A DNA stretch of 64,000 nt from an uncultured delta proteobacterium. GTDB taxonomy: Bacteria > Myxococcota_A > Polyangia > Fen-1088. The number at the start of each line of letters is the position of its first letter. The stretch's first letter is position 1. The stretch lies in the NCBI GenBank assembly GCA_963755125.1, contig CAVWIP010000005.1:26228-90227 (forward strand), read 5' to 3'. The translations under genes were made by a program, and so were the position numbers. Shown in pieces: positions 1 through 9,522 of this stretch. The notes below the pieces were generated by a model. That model saw only the letters and a list, made by a program, of their open reading frames with translations, had not been told where the DNA came from and ran no database searches.

Positions 1-2479
1 GGCCCTCCGCAACAAAGGTGGCAAAAGCGCGCACCGGAAGTCTCAGCGTGACCTCGCGCTCTTCGCCTGCGGCGAGGTTGACCTTGGCGAAAGCGCGCAG
101 CTCTTGCTCGGGCCGCAAAACGCCCGCGGCGGCTGCGTGGACGTAGATCTGCACGACCTCGGCGCCCCGACGCGTGCCGGTGTTCTTCACCTTGAGGCGC
201 GCGCTGACCCCGAGCTTGGCATCCCAGTCCGTCACCGCCAGGTCGCGGAAGGCGAAGGTGGTATAGGAAAGGCCGTAGCCAAAGGGAAACAGCGGCTCGA
301 TCTTGCGCGTGTCGTACCAGCGGTAGCCGACCAGGATGCCTTCCTGGTAGGCGACCTTGCCGCCCTTGCCCGGAAAATTGCCGAAAGCGGGTTCGTCCTC
401 AAGGCGTTTGGGGAAGCTCACGGGCAGCTTGCCCGACGGGCTCACGTCGCCGAAGAGCACGTCGGTAAACGCCGTGCCGGCCTCTTGCCCGGGAAACCAG
501 CCGTGCAACACGGCGCGCACCTGGTCGAGCCAGGGCATGGCGATCGCCGCGCCTGATGTCGTGATGACCACGATCTTGGGATTCACGGCAGCGGCGGCGC
601 GTACGATCTCGTCCTGCCGACCGGGCAGCGACAGCGACGCGCGGTCGGCGCCCTCGGTCTCGTCTCCCATCCCGTCGCCGACAGCGGCAATCACGACGTC
701 CGCTCCGCGCGCGACCTCGGCCACGCGCCGGATCGGATCCTTGTCCGCCCTCTGCCACAGCAGCTCGACCGACGCGCCGACGATGCCCTCGAAGTATTCC
801 AGGCACAGGTCGTAGGCCTTGCCACCGGTGAGTTCCATCTGTGCCGTCTTGAGCGTCGGGGGATGGTCGCCCCAGTCGTCGACGACCAGCTTGCCGTCGA
901 GGGTGAGGCGCGAGCCATCGTCGGAGCGCAGCCCAAGCACGTACAGGCCGGACTTGGGTGGCGTGAGCTTGCCGGTCCAGCGCACGGAGAATCCATCCTC
1001 GGGCAGGCCCGGGGCCGGAGCGGCGAGCTCCCAGTGGAAGTTCACCGTGGCATCCACGCGCACCAGCTTGGGCGCGCCCTTGCGCTCGGTACCCACGAAG
1101 TACTCGCCGAGCAGTCCCTGCCCTGTGTGTCCCGCCGGCGGTTCGAGCACCGACGCAGGGATCGGCTCCAGTCCGTCTGGGGTGATGTCGCCGGGAGCGA
1201 AGTCGACACGCACTTTGCTGCCCAGGGCTTCGCGGAGTGCATCCACAAGCGAAACCTTGTTCGTGGCCATGACGTGGGCGCTGCCCCCGCCGCCGTCCAC
1301 CATCCCACCACGCGGGCCCACCACCGCGATCCGCCGCAGCTTGGCCCGGTCGAGCGGCAACATGTCTTCGTCGTTCTTGAGCAGCACGAAGCCCGAGCGC
1401 GCGGCCTCGCGATTGAGGGCGCGGTGCTCGAGAGTGTCGATGGCCTCGGGACGAGCGCCGGCGTCCTCGTCCAGGTGCAAAACGGCGATGGCGCGCAGCT
1501 GCCGGCGGACCATCTCGTCGAGAAGGGCGGGCTCGATCTGCTTCTTGTCGAGGGTGCGGCGAATGGCGGCCGGCGCGTATTGCTCGGCCTTCGGCATTTC
1601 AAGGTCCAGCCCCGCGCGCATGGCCGGCGTCCCACTGTGGGTCGCGCCCCAGTCGGACATGACCAGGCCGCAGAAGCCCCAGTCTTGCCTGAGGATCTGC
1701 TCGATCAACCCCGGGTTCTCGCAGGCGTAGACGCCATTCAGGCGATTGTAGGCGCACATCACGGCCCATACGCCACCCTCCTTGACGGCGGCTTCGAAGG
1801 CGGGCAAGTAGATCTCGCGCAGGGCGCGCGCGTCGACCTCGGCGCTGATCGACATGCGCTCGGTCTCTTGGTTGTTGGCGGCGAAGTGTTTGACCGTGGC
1901 CAGCACGCCCTGGCTCTGCACGCCCTTGATGTAGGCAACGGCCGTGCGGCCGGCCAGCTCTGGATCTTCGCCGTAGTACTCGAAGTTGCGGCCACAAAGC
2001 GCCGTGCGCACGATGTTCACGGCCGGGCCGAGAAGGACGTTCTTGCCGTGCCCCTTGGCCTCACGGGCAATGGCCGCGCCCACGCGCTCGACCAGCGCGG
2101 GATCGAAGGTCGCAGCCAATAGCTCGCCCGCGGGAAACGCAGTGGCCTGGCCCACTCGCACGCCCACCGGGCCATCGGTCATGCGCAAGGACGGGACGTG
2201 CAGCCGGGGAACGCCGACCGTGTCGAACCCGGTGCCGGCAACCAGCGCGACCTTCTCGTCGAGCGTCATGGCGGCAAGCCAAGCCTCGACCTGCCGATCG
2301 GTCGGGGAGTTGCACACCGGCCGCTGGCGGGGGGCCGTCAACATGGCGGACGCCGGAACAACGGCCGGCGCGCCGCGATCTGCGGGCGGACTCACCGCGC
2401 AGCTGAGGGCGAGAGTCGTAGCCGCGAGCATGGCGCGGCAGCCGGCAACAGGTGTTGATTTGAAAAAGACAGTGGGCAT
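1..2479 (-). CDS. GH3 beta-glucosidase with PA14 insertion and C-terminal Fn3-like domain, probable lipoprotein; runs off the window start
   Basis: Manual translation from ATG 2479 (AGGAG RBS upstream): MPTVFFK...LALSC lipobox, MTLDEKV, TDGPVGVR, GRNFEYYGEDP, KHFAANNQE, MCAYNR, VMSDW (nucleophile Asp), FPFGYGLSYT. Missing from the ORF track because there is no stop codon inside the window. Confidence 0.93.
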   Translation of the reverse strand, partial: MPTVFFKSTPVAGCRAMLAATTLALSCAVSPPADRGAPAVVPASAMLTAPRQRPVCNSPTDRQVEAWLAAMTLDEKVALVAGTGFDTVGVPRLHVPSLRMTDGPVGVRVGQATAFPAGELLAATFDPALVERVGAAIAREAKGHGKNVLLGPAVNIVRTALCGRNFEYYGEDPELAGRTAVAYIKGVQSQGVLATVKHFAANNQETERMSISAEVDARALREIYLPAFEAAVKEGGVWAVMCAYNRLNGVYACENPGLIEQILRQDWGFCGLVMSDWGATHSGTPAMRAGLDLEMPKAEQYAPAAIRRTLDKKQIEPALLDEMVRRQLRAIAVLHLDEDAGARPEAIDTLEHRALNREAARSGFVLLKNDEDMLPLDRAKLRRIAVVGPRGGMVDGGGGSAHVMATNKVSLVDALREALGSKVRVDFAPGDITPDGLEPIPASVLEPPAGHTGQGLLGEYFVGTERKGAPKLVRVDATVNFHWELAAPAPGLPEDGFSVRWTGKLTPPKSGLYVLGLRSDDGSRLTLDGKLVVDDWGDHPPTLKTAQMELTGGKAYDLCLEYFEGIVGASVELLWQRADKDPIRRVAEVARGADVVIAAVGDGMGDETEGADRASLSLPGRQDEIVRAAAAVNPKIVVITTSGAAIAMPWLDQVRAVLHGWFPGQEAGTAFTDVLFGDVSPSGKLPVSFPKRLEDEPAFGNFPGKGGKVAYQEGILVGYRWYDTRKIEPLFPFGYGLSYTTFAFRDLAVTDWDAKLGVSARLKVKNTGTRRGAEVVQIYVHAAAAGVLRPEQELRAFAKVNLAAGEEREVTLRLPVRAFATFVAEG

Positions 2480-2538
2480 GGTTCGATCTCCTTGCAGGAC
2501 GGGCAGCATGAAGGGCATTGTATCCGCGCTACAAGGCG

Positions 2539-3387
2539 CTACGGTTTTTCGATACGCGGTCCCAGCGCCGCACGCAGGGCGGCGACAAATTCCTCTAGCG
2601 TTGGCACTGGATCGCGACCCTCGTTCACGGCCCGCTCGATCACGCGGACGGCGGCGCTGCCTACGACCACGCCGTCGGCAAAGCCGGCCACGGCGCAAGC
2701 GTCGGCCGGCGTGGCAATCCCGAATCCCACGGCGACCGGCAGGCGACCGTCTGAAAGTTCGCGCACCTGTCGCACGCGTGCGGAAGTTTCGTCCAGGTTG
2801 GGCAGTTGACTGCCCGTGATGCCGGTCAGCGAGACGCAGTACAGAAAGCCGCCCGCCACCGCCACGGCGGCCTTCACCCGATCCGGCGTGGAGGTGGGTG
2901 CGATGAGCGGAACCAAGTCCAGGCCCTGCTGGCCAAGCGCCTGGGCCAACTCGGGATCTTCATCGGCTGGCCAGTCCACGCACAACACGCCGTCAGCGCC
3001 AGCCTGCTTGGCTTGGCCGGCGAATTTCGCTGTGCCGCGCACGAAGATCGGGTTGGCGTAGCCAAAGAGCACGACTGCAACGTCCGGGTTGGCAACGCGT
3101 ACGGCCCGGCACAGGTCGAGCGCGGCGCGCATACCACCGCCCGTAGCCAGCGCTCTGCGCATGGCCGCCTGAATGGCCGGTCCGTCGGCAGACGGATCGC
3201 TCCACGGCACGCCCAATTCGAGAATATCCGCGCCGGCTCGCGCCGCCGCCAGCAAGAGGCGACGGCTGGTATCGAAATCGGGGTCGCAGCCGGTCAGGTA
3301 GAGAACCAGTGCCTTGCGACCTTGCGACCGAGCCCTGGCAAACGCGCCGGCTATCCGCGAGATGGACGGCGCTGGCGCGTTCGTCAT
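2539..3387 (-). CDS. trpA: Tryptophan synthase alpha chain
   Basis: [51 protein letters not shown] motifs; overlaps trpB by 4 nt. Confidence 0.97.
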   Translation of the reverse strand: MTNAPAPSISRIAGAFARARSQGRKALVLYLTGCDPDFDTSRRLLLAAARAGADILELGVPWSDPSADGPAIQAAMRRALATGGGMRAALDLCRAVRVANPDVAVVLFGYANPIFVRGTAKFAGQAKQAGADGVLCVDWPADEDPELAQALGQQGLDLVPLIAPTSTPDRVKAAVAVAGGFLYCVSLTGITGSQLPNLDETSARVRQVRELSDGRLPVAVGFGIATPADACAVAGFADGVVVGSAAVRVIERAVNEGRDPVPTLEEFVAALRAALGPRIEKP

Positions 3388-4592
3388 GACGATACCTCCG
3401 CGCCGAAGTGCTTGGCGATGGTGCCCATGTCCTTGTCACCGCGGCCCGAGATGTTGATGATGACGCTTGCCCCGTCGGGAAGTTGCTCGGCCACGCGCGG
3501 CAGTCCTGCCACCGCGTGCGCGCTCTCCAGCGCCGGGATGATGCCCTCGCAACGGGCCAACAAGCGACACGCGTCCAGCGCCTCCTGGTCCGTGGCCGCC
3601 ATGTACTGCGCGCGTCCCGAGTCGCGCAGGTAGCTATGCTCGGGCCCGACGCCAGGATAGTCGAGGCCAGCCGAGATGGAGTGAGCCTCGGCTATCTGGC
3701 CGTCGTCGTCGCACAGCACATAGGAGCGCGCACCGTGCAGGACGCCCGGCCGGCCCTTGCCGAGGGTGGCCGCGTGGTGGTTGGTGTCGACTCCCTCGCC
3801 CGCTGCTTCGACGCCAAAGAGCCGCACCTCGGGATCGTCGAGAAATCCACGGAACAGGCCCATGGCGTTGGAGCCGCCGCCCACGCAGGCCAGACACGCG
3901 TCGGGAAGTCGGCCCGTGGCAGCCTGGATCTGGGCGCGCGCCTCTTGCCCGATCACCGACTGCAATTCACCCACCATGGTCGGATAGGGATGCGGGCCGG
4001 CCACGGTTCCCAGCACGTAGTGCGTCGTTCCCACATTCGTCACCCAGTCGCGCATGGCTTCGTTCATCGCGTCCTTCAGCGTCGCGGTGCCGTCCTTGAC
4101 CGAGTGGACCTTGGCCCCCAGCAGGTGCATGCGAAACACGTTGAGCGACTGGCGTTCGACATCGACCGCACCCATGTAGATCTCGCACGGCAACCCGAAC
4201 AGGGCGCACACCGTGGCCGTGGCCACGCCGTGCTGGCCGGCCCCGGTCTCGGCGATGATGCGCTTCTTGCCCAAGCGCTGGGCCAGCAGGATCTGGCCCA
4301 CGCAGTTGTTCAACTTGTGCGAGCCGGTGTGGCAGAGATCCTCGCGCTTGAGGAACACGCGCAGGCGGCACCCCTGGGCCACGTGGTCGGCCAGCCGCGC
4401 CGCCTCGGTCAGGGGCGTGGGCCGACCGACATACTCGCGCAGCAACCGGTCCAGTTCGGCCCGGAAGGTCGGCTCGCGCGAAAAGTGCTCCCATGCGGCC
4501 GTCAGCTCTTCGAGAGCAGGCATCAGGGTCTCGGAGACGTAGCGACCTCCGTAGGGACCAAATCGTCCAGGGACTTGGGGAACGGTGGACAT
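3384..4592 (-). CDS. trpB: Tryptophan synthase beta chain
   Basis: [15 protein letters not shown] (PLP Lys), [37 protein letters not shown]. Confidence 0.98.
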   Translation of the reverse strand: MSTVPQVPGRFGPYGGRYVSETLMPALEELTAAWEHFSREPTFRAELDRLLREYVGRPTPLTEAARLADHVAQGCRLRVFLKREDLCHTGSHKLNNCVGQILLAQRLGKKRIIAETGAGQHGVATATVCALFGLPCEIYMGAVDVERQSLNVFRMHLLGAKVHSVKDGTATLKDAMNEAMRDWVTNVGTTHYVLGTVAGPHPYPTMVGELQSVIGQEARAQIQAATGRLPDACLACVGGGSNAMGLFRGFLDDPEVRLFGVEAAGEGVDTNHHAATLGKGRPGVLHGARSYVLCDDDGQIAEAHSISAGLDYPGVGPEHSYLRDSGRAQYMAATDQEALDACRLLARCEGIIPALESAHAVAGLPRVAEQLPDGASVIINISGRGDKDMGTIAKHFGAEVSS

Positions 4593-4652
4593 CTGAGTGG
4601 CGCCACTATATGCCTTGGCGTACTCCGCGATTCAATCAACCGCTCGCGCACC

Positions 4653-4976
4653 ATGTCGACGAAACAAGACAACAGCACGACCTTCGACCCCAGCCGGCGG
4701 CGGCTCTGTCCGGACGGCTCCTGCATCGGTCTCATAGGCACTGACGGGAAGTGCGCGGTCTGCGGCACGCTAGGCTCTGGCGGAACCGGAGTGACGGCCG
4801 CAAGCTCGCCGGCTTTACCAACACCGCCGCCGGAGAGCGATGCTCGGACTGAAGAGGCGCCCGCATCTGATGCCGCAGAAGCCTTCGACCCCAAACGCCG
4901 GCTCTGTCCCGACGAAGCGTGCATCGGTGTGATCGGTAGCAACAACAGGTGCAGCATCTGCGGCCGGCAAGGCTGA
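4653..4976 (+). CDS. Small hypothetical protein (107 aa) with two tandem Cys4 putative zinc-binding modules
   Basis: C-terminal part of track ORF 3408..4976 from ATG 4653; duplicated motif FDPxRRLCPDxxCIGxIGxxxxCxxCG separated by a Pro/Ala/acidic linker; divergent from trpB. Confidence 0.75.
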   Translation: MSTKQDNSTTFDPSRRRLCPDGSCIGLIGTDGKCAVCGTLGSGGTGVTAASSPALPTPPPESDARTEEAPASDAAEAFDPKRRLCPDEACIGVIGSNNRCSICGRQG

Positions 4977-4989
4977 CGGCGAAAGAAAC

Positions 4990-5964
4990 CTAGGCGACCA
5001 GCACGATCGAGCCAGTCGTCGCGCGTGCCTCCAAGGCAGCATGGGCGGAAGCGGCTTCGCGCAACGGGAACTGCCGCGGCGGCTGGATGCGCACGGCTCC
5101 CGTGCGCACGACCTGGAACAGATCGCCTGCCATTCGGCGCAGGGCCTCCGGGGTGGCAGCATAGGTACCCAGCGTCGGCCGGGTCAAATAGAGCGATCCC
5201 TTGGCGCTCAAGACGCCAAGGTCGAAAGGCGGAACCACGCCGGAGGACTGGCCGAACATGACCAAGAGTCCGCGCGGCTGCAGACAATCCAGCGATCCGG
5301 CAAAGGTGTCTTTGCCCACGCCGTCGTAGACCACCCGCACCCCGCGTCTCCCCGTGATCTCGCGTACCCGCTCGACGAAATTCTCGCGCGTGTACACGAT
5401 GGCGTGGTCACAGCCATGGGCGCGTGCCAGCGCCGCCTTCTCGTCGCTGCCCACCGTGCCGATCACTGTGGCCCCCAAGTGCTTGGCCCACTGGCAGGCG
5501 ATCTGCCCCACCCCGCCGGCCGCGGCGTGCACCAGGATGGTGTCGCCAGGCTCGATGTGAGTGGTCTGCAACAGCAGATACTGCGCGGTGAGGCCCTTCA
5601 GCATGATGCAGGCAGCGGTGCGATGGTCTATGTCGTCGGGCAAGTGCACCAGGCGATCGGCTGGCACCACGCGCGCTTCGGCGTACGCCCCCACGGGCCC
5701 CGTGCCACAGGCCACACGATCACCCGGCCGGAAATCGGCGACCCCAGCGCCGACTGCCTCCACCACACCCGCGGCTTCGCTGCCCAGCCCGCTGGGAAGC
5801 GGCAGTTTGTACACGCCCCGACGGTGATAGACGTCGACAAAGTTCACGCCCACATAGTGATGGTGAACCAGGGCCTCGCCAGGACCCGGTGCGGCCAGCA
5901 TCACCTCTTCCCATGCCATCACCTGTGGGCCGCCCGTGTCGTGGATGCGAATGGCCTTGGTCAT
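4990..5964 (-). CDS. qor: NADPH:quinone oxidoreductase (zeta-crystallin/MDR family)
   Basis: From ATG 5964: MTKAIRIHDTGGPQV, GVNFVDVYHRRG, HAAAGGVG, VVYDGVGKDT, GSLYLTRP; 324 aa. Confidence 0.92.
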   Translation of the reverse strand: MTKAIRIHDTGGPQVMAWEEVMLAAPGPGEALVHHHYVGVNFVDVYHRRGVYKLPLPSGLGSEAAGVVEAVGAGVADFRPGDRVACGTGPVGAYAEARVVPADRLVHLPDDIDHRTAACIMLKGLTAQYLLLQTTHIEPGDTILVHAAAGGVGQIACQWAKHLGATVIGTVGSDEKAALARAHGCDHAIVYTRENFVERVREITGRRGVRVVYDGVGKDTFAGSLDCLQPRGLLVMFGQSSGVVPPFDLGVLSAKGSLYLTRPTLGTYAATPEALRRMAGDLFQVVRTGAVRIQPPRQFPLREAASAHAALEARATTGSIVLVA

Positions 5965-6018
5965 GAAACAAAATCTAGCATCGGTGTGCGTCCTAGGCAC
6001 GAGTGGTAGAACTGCGCC

Positions 6019-7041
6019 ATGGGCTCCCTGTTTCTCGACGCCTGCCACGGCGAATCCACTCCACGACCGCCGCTCTGGTTGATGCGCCAGGCCGGCCGCT
6101 ACCTGCCCGAGTACCGCGAGGTGCGCAGCCACGTCACCTTCCTCGAACTGTGCAAGACGCCGCGCTTGGCTGCCGAGGTGACCCTGCAGCCTATCCGGCG
6201 CTTCGCCTTCGATGCGGCGATCGTATTCTCCGACCTTCTCATTCCCCTGGAAGCCATGGGCCAGACGGTCAGCTTCACCGAGGAGGGTCCCACCCTCGCG
6301 CCGCCGGTGCGAACTGCGGCCGACCTGGCCCGGCTGGCGCCCTTCAATCCCTGGGAACGCACGCCGTTCGTGCTTGAGGCCATCCGGCTGTTGCGCCCGC
6401 AACTGGGCGAGACGCCGCTCATCGGCTTTGCGGGCGCGCCTTTCACCATCGCGACTTACGCCATCGAGGGCAAGACCTCGCGGCGCTTCGTGGAGACCAA
6501 GAAACTTTTCTGCCGCGAGCCCGAGACCGCCCATCGGCTGCTTGAATCGATCGAGGCTGCGACCCGCGCCTATCTTCTGGCGCAGGTGGCGGCAGGCGCG
6601 CAGGCCATCCAGATCTTCGACTCGTGGCTGGGCGTGGTTTCGCCCGAGGAATGGGACGAGTTCGTGGCTGAGCCCACCGCGAAACTTGTCGCCGCTGTGA
6701 AGGCGACCGGCGTGCCCGTCATCTACTTCCCCAATGGAGCAACGACGATTCTGGACCGCGTCGCGCGCGTGGGCGCCGATGTCTACGGGATTGACTGGCG
6801 CCTGCCACTCGACGAGGCGCGGGCGCGGCTGGCAGCAGGCGGCGCGGAGCGGGCGGCCGTGCAAGGGAACCTGGACCCGGCGATTCTGCTGGGCCCGGTC
6901 GAGCGGATCCGACGCCAGGCCGCAGAGGTGATCCTCCGCGGGGCTGGTCGCGGTCACGTCTTCAATCTCGGGCACGGCATCTATCCGGAAACTCCTGTCG
7001 AGAACGTGGAAGCCCTGGTCCGCGCCGTACGGGGCGAATAG
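6019..7041 (+). CDS. hemE: Uroporphyrinogen decarboxylase
   Basis: PLWLMRQAGRYLPEY, AAIVFSDL, IGFAGAPFT, QIFDSW, QGNLDP, FNLGHGI. Confidence 0.97.
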   Translation: MGSLFLDACHGESTPRPPLWLMRQAGRYLPEYREVRSHVTFLELCKTPRLAAEVTLQPIRRFAFDAAIVFSDLLIPLEAMGQTVSFTEEGPTLAPPVRTAADLARLAPFNPWERTPFVLEAIRLLRPQLGETPLIGFAGAPFTIATYAIEGKTSRRFVETKKLFCREPETAHRLLESIEAATRAYLLAQVAAGAQAIQIFDSWLGVVSPEEWDEFVAEPTAKLVAAVKATGVPVIYFPNGATTILDRVARVGADVYGIDWRLPLDEARARLAAGGAERAAVQGNLDPAILLGPVERIRRQAAEVILRGAGRGHVFNLGHGIYPETPVENVEALVRAVRGE

Positions 7042-7058
7042 CCGCGCAGGACCAAATC

Positions 7059-8033
7059 GTGCTTGCCGTCGTCGCGCTCAACATGGGAGGCCCGGATTCG
7101 CCGGCGGCGGTCGAGCCGTTCTTGCGCCACCTGTTCGCCGATCCCGACATCATCCAGATGGGCTGGGCGCGACCTGCGCAGCCGCTCTTGGCGCGGCTGA
7201 TCGCCCGGCGCCGGGCGCCATTGTCGCGGGCCGCGTACGCACAGATCGGCGGGCGATCACCCATCCGCGAAGAATCAACCGCCCAGGTGCAAGCGGTGGT
7301 TGCGGCCATGGCCGCATCTGGCGTCGTGGCCAAGCCGTACTTGGCCATGAGCTACTGGCACCCTCTTCCCACGGAGACCGCAGCGGCCATGCGTCGCACC
7401 GGGATCACGCGGGCTCTGCTCCTGCCGCTTTATCCCCATCGATCGAGAACGACCAGCGGATCGGCATTTCGCACCATCGAGGCCGCGCTGGCGGACAAGC
7501 GCATCATCACCGCACGCATCGAGGGATACGCAACTGCTCCGGGCTACATCGCTGCCCTGTGCGACCGTATCAGTGAAGCCTCGGCGCAACTGCCAGAGTC
7601 GGAACGTGCGGCGGCCCCGGTATTGTTTTCCGCGCACGGCCTTCCCGAATCCTATGTTCGCCGGGGCGATCCCTATCTTGACGAGGTCCGCTCGACAGTG
7701 GCTGCGGTCACTCGGCGGCTCGCTCTGGAGAGTCGGTCGCACCTCGCGTTCCAAAGCCGTGTGGGCCGGCAGCGCTGGCTGGCACCCACCACCGAAGAGG
7801 CGCTCGACTCCTTGGCGGCTGCGGGCCATCGGGCCGTGGTCGTGGTTCCGGTCTCTTTCACCGGCGAGCATCTCGAGACGCTACAGGAGATCGACATCCT
7901 GTACCGCGAACGGGCCGCGACGCGAGGGATCACCAGCTTTGCCCGCGCGCGAGTCGTGGGCTGCCATCCCGCCTTCATCTCGGAGCTGGCGGGATTGCTG
8001 ATCTCCGCCGCGCGCGCTCACAACTGGGTCTGA
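7059..8033 (+). CDS. hemH: Ferrochelatase
   Basis: LNMGGPDS, IGGRSP, LPLYP, LFSAHGLP, GDPY, FQSRVG..WL.P, VPVSFTGEHLETLQEID. Confidence 0.95.
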   Translation: MLAVVALNMGGPDSPAAVEPFLRHLFADPDIIQMGWARPAQPLLARLIARRRAPLSRAAYAQIGGRSPIREESTAQVQAVVAAMAASGVVAKPYLAMSYWHPLPTETAAAMRRTGITRALLLPLYPHRSRTTSGSAFRTIEAALADKRIITARIEGYATAPGYIAALCDRISEASAQLPESERAAAPVLFSAHGLPESYVRRGDPYLDEVRSTVAAVTRRLALESRSHLAFQSRVGRQRWLAPTTEEALDSLAAAGHRAVVVVPVSFTGEHLETLQEIDILYRERAATRGITSFARARVVGCHPAFISELAGLLISAARAHNWV

Positions 8034-8078
8034 ACTTGTTCCTCGCTCCATCCGCCCCCGAGGGTGGGAAGGGTACCA

Positions 8079-9521
8079 CTACTTCTGGGCGAAGCAGCGT
8101 GGGTCGGCGGCGCTGCCCGGAAAACGGAAGAAGGTGAAGATGCCCGCGTCGGCGCCCGCCACCAGAAGGTGTGCATCCTTGCCCTTGGCGCAGGCGCGGC
8201 TGCTGTTGAACTCCAGATCAGCGAGGCCAATGCCGAAGAACTCCGTGCTGCCGGTCGGGTTGCTGTCGTCCACGACGGCGATCGGCGTCGTGCCGTCGCC
8301 ATTCAGCCGGTAAACAAGCACTTGCCCGGCTTTCTGTGTGTTGCCCACGTTGGCTTGCAGGGCCGTGATGACGAGTTCCTTGACCCCGTCGCCATCGACG
8401 TCAACCAGAGCCACCCGCTGTCCGAACTCCGAACTGGTGTCGGGTTGGGGTTGCCCGGTCTTTGGGTCGAGCTGGGGTTTCCCCGACACGGGATCGAGGA
8501 CGACCTTGCTAAACACCTTGGCCGGCGTGCTGCCATCGAAGGGGCTGTAGAAAAGGTAAGCTTGATTGGGCGGAGCGCCCACCACCAATTCGGCCAGGCC
8601 ATCCCCGTTCATGTCAGGCACCGCAACCAGCGCCGTGCCGAACCCGCCGACCGAGGGATTGCCGACCGGGGCAGGCACCCCGATGGGCGAGCCGACGCAG
8701 ACCAGCTCGGCTGCGACCGGATCGTACTGCAAGATGAACACCTGCCCGACCCCGCCCTTGACTGGCAATCCGACGGCGATTTGCTGGTTGCCGCTCGACA
8801 AGAAATTCGCGACCGCGAGCGACCGGTGCAGGTCAGGCGGCGTTTGCAGGTTGCCCGTGCAGGTGGTCGAGGCCAACAAGCCGGCCGTGACGTTCAGCAC
8901 GGAAACGCCGTTGTCGGACACGACGACTGCCTCATCGCTTGCTGTCTGGGTGACCTGCCCACGCGCAACCGCCAATCCGAAGTGGCCTTGCGGCTGTGTG
9001 AAAAACGCGCCGCCAGTGATCGCCCCGTCTTGCCAGATGTGGGCGCTCTCGAAGTCCACCTTGCCGCTGGCATCCGCAACCAGATTGAGAAAACCGACGC
9101 GACCGTTGGGCGTCCCCTGTCCTTGTGTGCCGTAGACGTCCGGCATGCCGAGAACGACGGTGCCCGCCGCGCCGGGACCGCTCAGCCATGCCGCACTGGA
9201 GATGCCGCCCTGCCCAGGAGACAGGCCCAGGGTGGAGAGATCGTCGCTCTCCGCGGTCTGAACCTGGGGGTTGCCGTCGCCGTCGAAATCCGCCACGGCC
9301 AGGGCTTGCATATCGGTGCTGGCGAAAAGCAGACGCGCCGCCACCTTGGGCTTGTCTGCGGGCGGAGCCAGGGACAAGAGCGTGCGGCCGACGTTCGATC
9401 CGAAATTATCGGGCGCGCCGATGTACTGCACAGGGGCCCGGTCGAGCGTGGACCGAAAGTCCAGGGGATTGCAACCGACCGCAAGCGCCAATGCCGAGAA
9501 GGCAAGCATCGTCCGTCGCAT
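8079..9521 (-). CDS. FG-GAP repeat (integrin alpha-like beta-propeller) lipoprotein
   Basis: From ATG 9521: MRRTMLAFSALALAVGC lipobox; Ca-binding DxDGDG motifs (DFDGDG, DMNGDGLAELVVGAP, DVDGDGVKELVI) and FG motifs (GHFGLAV, GGFGTAL, EFGQRV). Confidence 0.85.
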   Translation of the reverse strand: MRRTMLAFSALALAVGCNPLDFRSTLDRAPVQYIGAPDNFGSNVGRTLLSLAPPADKPKVAARLLFASTDMQALAVADFDGDGNPQVQTAESDDLSTLGLSPGQGGISSAAWLSGPGAAGTVVLGMPDVYGTQGQGTPNGRVGFLNLVADASGKVDFESAHIWQDGAITGGAFFTQPQGHFGLAVARGQVTQTASDEAVVVSDNGVSVLNVTAGLLASTTCTGNLQTPPDLHRSLAVANFLSSGNQQIAVGLPVKGGVGQVFILQYDPVAAELVCVGSPIGVPAPVGNPSVGGFGTALVAVPDMNGDGLAELVVGAPPNQAYLFYSPFDGSTPAKVFSKVVLDPVSGKPQLDPKTGQPQPDTSSEFGQRVALVDVDGDGVKELVITALQANVGNTQKAGQVLVYRLNGDGTTPIAVVDDSNPTGSTEFFGIGLADLEFNSSRACAKGKDAHLLVAGADAGIFTFFRFPGSAADPRCFAQK

Positions 9522-9522
9522 G

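Noticed and set aside
104..2819. Several long + strand ORFs (819..1730, 863..2122, 1986..2819)
   Set aside because: Antisense shadows of the GH3 gene caused by high-GC codon bias; no motifs.
3408..4652. 5' portion of the 522-aa ORF 3408..4976
   Set aside because: Antisense to trpB; only the part from ATG 4653 looks like a real gene.
5965..6975. Apparent 661-aa extended quinone oxidoreductase (4990..6975)
   Set aside because: The extension is antisense to hemE; the real start is ATG 5964, so there is no fusion.
6019..8033. hemE-hemH without hemY/hemG as a possible pathway novelty
   Set aside because: Heme genes are often scattered; their absence from one window is uninformative.
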